From positions 186,001-221,130 of the forward strand of contig UYFQ01000839.1 of the NCBI GenBank assembly GCA_900617105.1: DNA of 35,130 bases, in the 5' to 3' direction. Below are positions 31,424-35,130 of the stretch, piece after piece. Under the pieces are notes generated by a model. The model searched no databases, was not told where the DNA came from, and saw only the letters and a list, made by a program, of their open reading frames with translations. Numbering within the stretch: position 1 is the stretch's first letter; every line of letters starts with the position of its first letter. The translations under genes and the position numbers were made by a program. The DNA is from Hydrurus foetidus. Taxonomy: Eukaryota.

Positions 31424-32814
31424 ATGACCTTGAAGCTCCACGACACCCTGACGCGCGAAAAGCGCGCCTTCGTTCCCGCCGATCCGGACCGGGTGACGAT
31501 GTATGTCTGCGGGCCCACGGTCTATAATCACGCCCATATCGGCAACTTCCGGCCGGTGGTGGTGTTCGACGTGCTGTACCGGATGCTGCGCCACATCTAT
31601 GGCGCGGACGCGGTGGTCTATGCCCGCAACGTCACCGACGTGGACGACAAGATCAACAAGAAGGCCTTCGACGAGGGCGTGCCGATCAAGACGATCACCG
31701 ATCGCTATCTGGCCGCCTACCATGCCGATGCTGACGGCCTGCTGGCCCTGCGCCCCGACCTCGAGCCCAAGGCCACCGAGCATATCGGCGAGATCGTCGC
31801 GATGATCGAAAAGCTGGTCGAAGCCGGCAAGGCCTATGCCGCCGAAGGCCACGTGCTGTTCGACACCCAGTCCTTCCCCGACTATGGCCAGCTGTCGGGC
31901 CGCAACATGGACGACATGATCGCCGGGGCCCGGGTCGAGGTCGCGCCCTACAAGCGCCACCCCGCCGACTTCGTGCTGTGGAAGCCGTCCAAGGAAAACG
32001 AGCCGGTGTGGGACAGCCCGTTCGGCGCGGGCCGTCCGGGCTGGCACATCGAATGCTCGGCGATGATCGACAAGGCGCTGGGCCAGACCATCGACATCCA
32101 TGGCGGCGGCATCGATCTGGCCTTCCCGCACCACGAGAACGAATGGCCCAGAGCCGTTGCGCCCATGACCTGCCGGTCCTGGCCAATTACTGGCTGCACA
32201 ACGGCTTCCTGGATATGTCCGGCGAGAAGATGTCCAAGAGCCTGGGCAATGTGATCCTGCCGCACGAGCTGCTGAAGACCACGCCGGGTGAAGTGATCCG
32301 CTGGGCCCTGCTGTCGGCCCACTATCGTCAGCCGCTGGACTGGACGCCGGAGCTGCTGGAGCAGTCGCGCAAGGCGCTGGACCGGCTGTACGGCGCCCTG
32401 CGCCGCGCCAAGGACGTGCCGATGGACCAGGCGATGGAGGCCCCCGAAGAGGTGGTCGCCGCGCTTGAGGACGATCTGAACACCCCGCAGGCGATTGCCT
32501 GCTTCTTCGAGGTTTCCAGCGCCATCGAGCGCGCCGTGACGGCGGGCGACACCGTCGCCATCGCCGCCAACAAGGCCCGGCTGATCGAGGCCGGCGCCCT
32601 GCTGGGCTTCCTGCAGGCCGATCCTGACAGCTGGTTCGAGGGCGACGCCTCCGACGACCTGAAGGCTCAGGTCGAGGACCTGCTCAAGCGCCGCGTCGAG
32701 GCTCGCGCCGCCAAGGACTGGACCGCCGCCGACGCCATCCGCGCCGAGCTCGACGCCCTGGGCGTGGTGGTCATGGACGGTCCGGCTGGGGCGACCTGGC
32801 GGATGAAGGACTGA
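31424..32814 (+). CDS. cysS: Cysteine--tRNA ligase; frameshift near 32143
   Basis: [54 protein letters not shown]. Confidence 0.96.
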
Positions 32815-32818
32815 TCGC

Positions 32819-33580
32819 TTGAAGCTGGAAGAACAGATCGTCCTGGTCTCCGGCGCGGGCCGGGGACTGGGCGCGGCCATCGCTCGGGCCTTTGCGGGCC
32901 AGGGCGCGTCGGTGGTGATCAACTATCGCCGCAGCGAGGCTGCCGCCTTCGCCCTCGCGGCCGAGTTGGGCGATTGCGCGGTGGCGATCCAGGCCGACGT
33001 CAGCGATCGCGAAGAGGCGCGCCGGCTGGTCAATGACGCCGCCGAGCACTTCGGCAGCCACGTGACCACGGTGGTCAACAACGCCCTGGGCGACTTCAGC
33101 TTCAACGGCGATGGCCGGGAAACCATTCAGTCGATCCCGTGGGAGGATTTCCAGGGCCAGCTGGACGTGTCGCTGCGCGGCGCGCTCAACCTGATCCAGG
33201 CCACGGCGCCGGCCATGGAAAACGCGGGCTTTGGCCGGGTGATCAATATCGGCACCAACCTCTTCCAGAACCCGGTGGTGCCCTATCACGACTACACCGC
33301 CGCCAAGGCCGCCCTGCTGTCGCTGACCCGCACGGCGGCGGCCGATCTCGGTCCCGGCGGGATCACGGTCAACATGCTGTCGGGCGGCCTGCTGCGCACC
33401 ACTGACGCCAGTTCGGCCACGCCGGAAGCCATCTTCGATCTGATCGCCCAGAGCACCCCCCTGCGCCGGGTGACGACGCCGGCCGAGTTCGCCGACGCGG
33501 TGCTGTTCTTCGCCTCGCCCTGGAGCCGGGCGGTCACCGGCCAGAACCTGGTCGTGGATGGCGGGCTGGTGCGGGACTGA
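32819..33580 (+). CDS. Short-chain dehydrogenase/reductase (FabG-like)
   Basis: SGAGRGLG, VVNNA, YTAAK, VTGQNLVVDGG. TTG start. Confidence 0.9.
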   Translation: MKLEEQIVLVSGAGRGLGAAIARAFAGQGASVVINYRRSEAAAFALAAELGDCAVAIQADVSDREEARRLVNDAAEHFGSHVTTVVNNALGDFSFNGDGRETIQSIPWEDFQGQLDVSLRGALNLIQATAPAMENAGFGRVINIGTNLFQNPVVPYHDYTAAKAALLSLTRTAAADLGPGGITVNMLSGGLLRTTDASSATPEAIFDLIAQSTPLRRVTTPAEFADAVLFFASPWSRAVTGQNLVVDGGLVRD

Positions 33581-33582
33581 GG

Positions 33583-33929
33583 TCAGTCGGCGCTGGCCAG
33601 CGCCCGGCGCACGGCGTCGGGCTCCTTGTCGATGCAGCCAGATAGGCCAGCACGGCGCTGTCGGGCTGGGTGCGGCAGATCGCGCAGGCGGGCCACATTG
33701 ATGCGGAAGGTTTGGCGAACAGCGTCTGGCTCAGGCCGGTCTGGGCCCGGACCTGACGCACATGGCGTGCGGCGCTCAGGCGATCGAGCTCATCTTCCGT
33801 CAGGGGCGGATTGTCGGCGTCGGACGCCGCCGCGGCGCTCAACGCCGCATCGTCCATGGCGTCCAGGCGCGCCTTTTGATCAGCGCTCAGCGCCGGAAGT
33901 TCATTCGGGGTGAGGGTGAAGCGGACCAT
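33583..33929 (-). CDS. Antitoxin with XRE-type HTH; indels in the 3' half
   Basis: DADNPPLTEDEL, then VRAQTGLSQTLFA..RINVARLRD..RTQPD..AYL..IDKEPDAVRRALASAD, stop at 33583-33585. Overlaps the toxin gene end. Confidence 0.75.
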
Positions 33930-34191
33930 AGCGTCGTTCCTCCGTCAGGTTGCAGCGCCGCGCCGAAATCATCCGAATGCGTTCGCCCCGCGATGTGTAG
34001 ACCACGGTAAACAGGCGCCCCTCGATCGCGCCCACCGCCTTGCGGCGCGGCTCGCCATCTCCGGGGCGGGACGTATCGAAATCGATCAGCCCCGCGTCCA
34101 GAAACACCCGGGCGGCATAGGCGAACGGGACGCCGTGCTTGGCCAGATTGCTCTGCGCCTTGGCGTCGTCCCATTCAAACTCGATGCCCAT
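33901..34191 (-). CDS. brnT: BrnT-family ribonuclease toxin
   Basis: FEWDDAKAQSNLAKHGVPF..A..VF, VVYTSRGERIRMISARR. Confidence 0.9.
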   Translation of the reverse strand: MGIEFEWDDAKAQSNLAKHGVPFAYAARVFLDAGLIDFDTSRPGDGEPRRKAVGAIEGRLFTVVYTSRGERIRMISARRCNLTEERRYGPLHPHPE

Positions 34192-34202
34192 AAAAGAAAA
34201 TC

Positions 34203-34240
34203 ATACGGAATTTCCGTATATATGTCTACGGAAATTCCAG
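34203..34240. promoter_or_regulatory. Tandem palindromic operators upstream of the TA operon
   Basis: ATACGGAA-T-TTCCGTAT (34203-34219) and an imperfect copy TACGGAAATTCC from 34227, in an AT-rich patch. Confidence 0.7.
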
Positions 34241-34335
34241 AGGTCGGCCCGCGGCCGTCCAGATAGCGGCCAGTAAAATGATCCGGACCCTGGACGGGTT
34301 TAACCCGGCGCGCTTCCAGTGCTAAAAGCCCGCCC

Positions 34336-34802
34336 ATGCAAAGAGCCGTCGAACACCGCATTGGCATCCAGGCCCCGGCCGAACTGGTCTGGGAGCTGAT
34401 CTCGGACTTCTCGACCTGGGAGCAGTGGAACCCGGTCCATCCCCGGGCCGAGGGCAGCTGAAGATCGGCACGTCGTTGAGCGTGCACCAGGCCCTGCCGG
34501 GCGAGCCTGTGCGGGTGATCCAGCCGGTGGTTCAGGACTGGGTGCCCTATGAGCAGCTTCACTGGCGCTCGACCCGCCTGGGCGGCTTCGTCACGGCGAT
34601 CCGCTATATCGAGATCGAGAACATGGGACCCGGCAGCTCGACCTTCTCGAATGGCGAGCTGTTCATGGGCATGCTGGTGCGCTGGGTCAGCCGGGAAGAC
34701 CGCCGCAAGCTCAAGGCGGCCTACACCCAGATGGGCGAGGCCCTGCGCGATCATGCCGAGGCCCTCTGGTCTCAGCGCCAGAACAGCCCCACTTCAGCCT
34801 GA
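34336..34802 (+). CDS. SRPBCC (START/polyketide cyclase-like) protein; frameshift near 34455
   Basis: MQRAVEHRIGIQAPAELVWELISDFSTWEQWNP, continuing ..WVPYEQLHW..FSNGELFMG..MGEALRDHAE. Confidence 0.8.
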
Positions 34803-35130
34803 TGATCGACGAGCTCTACAGCGCCAAGATCCTGACCCTGGTCGCCAACATCCCGCGCGCCGGGCGTCTGGCCGCGCCCGACGCCTCGTCGGAGAAGGTC
34901 GCTAAGCTGTGCGGCAGCAAGATCACGGTCGATGTGACGATGGCCGACGGCAAGGTCAGCGACTTCGCCCAGGACGTTTCGGCCTGCGCCCTGGGCCAGG
35001 CGTCTGCCGCGATCCTGGGCGCCAACATCATCGGCGCGGATCTTTCCGAGATCGTGTTGGCGCGGGATTCCCTACGCGCTATGCTCAAGCTCAACGGCCC
35101 ATCTCCTGCGGGCCGGTTCTCGGAGCTTGC
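34802..35130 (+). CDS. IscU/NifU N-terminal-like Fe-S scaffold protein, runs off the window
   Basis: My translation from ATG 34802 (TGATG overlap): MIDELYSAKILTLVANIPRAGRL..KLCGSKITVDV..QDVSACALGQASA. Confidence 0.85.
   Translation, partial: MIDELYSAKILTLVANIPRAGRLAAPDASSEKVAKLCGSKITVDVTMADGKVSDFAQDVSACALGQASAAILGANIIGADLSEIVLARDSLRAMLKLNGPSPAGRFSEL

Noticed and set aside
31424..32814. cysS and other split genes as pseudogenes or programmed frameshifts
   Set aside because: cysS is normally essential, both halves are conserved, no slippery site is evident, and indels are scattered window-wide.

Overview
GC-rich alphaproteobacterial DNA, Caulobacter-like by gene content and an intergenic repeat. 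Many single-base indels break conserved genes, including cysS and rluD, so most frameshifts are probably sequencing or assembly errors. From left to right the window holds: (1) the end of an N-acetylglucosamine operon (GH20 hexosaminidase, PTS EIIA-HPr-EI, PTS EIICBB, Tat-signal DUF1349 protein); (2) a TPR-methyltransferase and TPR-sulfotransferase pair; (3) an ~11 kb block (about 9.5-20.7 kb) ending at the 3' end of tRNA-Ser(CGA); (4) an MBL-fold protein lacking most metal ligands, a secreted hypothetical protein and rluD; (5) a TonB receptor, an orphan encapsulin-type ferritin and phoD; (6) lysE-family, hisI, DUF817, folE, cysS, an SDR, a BrnT/HTH toxin-antitoxin pair, an SRPBCC protein and a partial IscU/NifU-like gene. 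Block 3 encodes a secreted alkaline-phosphatase-superfamily/PA14 enzyme, a TonB receptor, two sulfotransferases, two Asp/Asn-beta-hydroxylase-type Fe/2OG dioxygenases, a PhnZ-like HD oxygenase and a PhnR/PhnF-like GntR regulator. Four TGGT-N4-ACCA operators plus Pho-box-like repeats tie it together. It is the best candidate for an undescribed system: an organophosphonate/phosphorus scavenging regulon with PhnZ but no recognisable PhnY.
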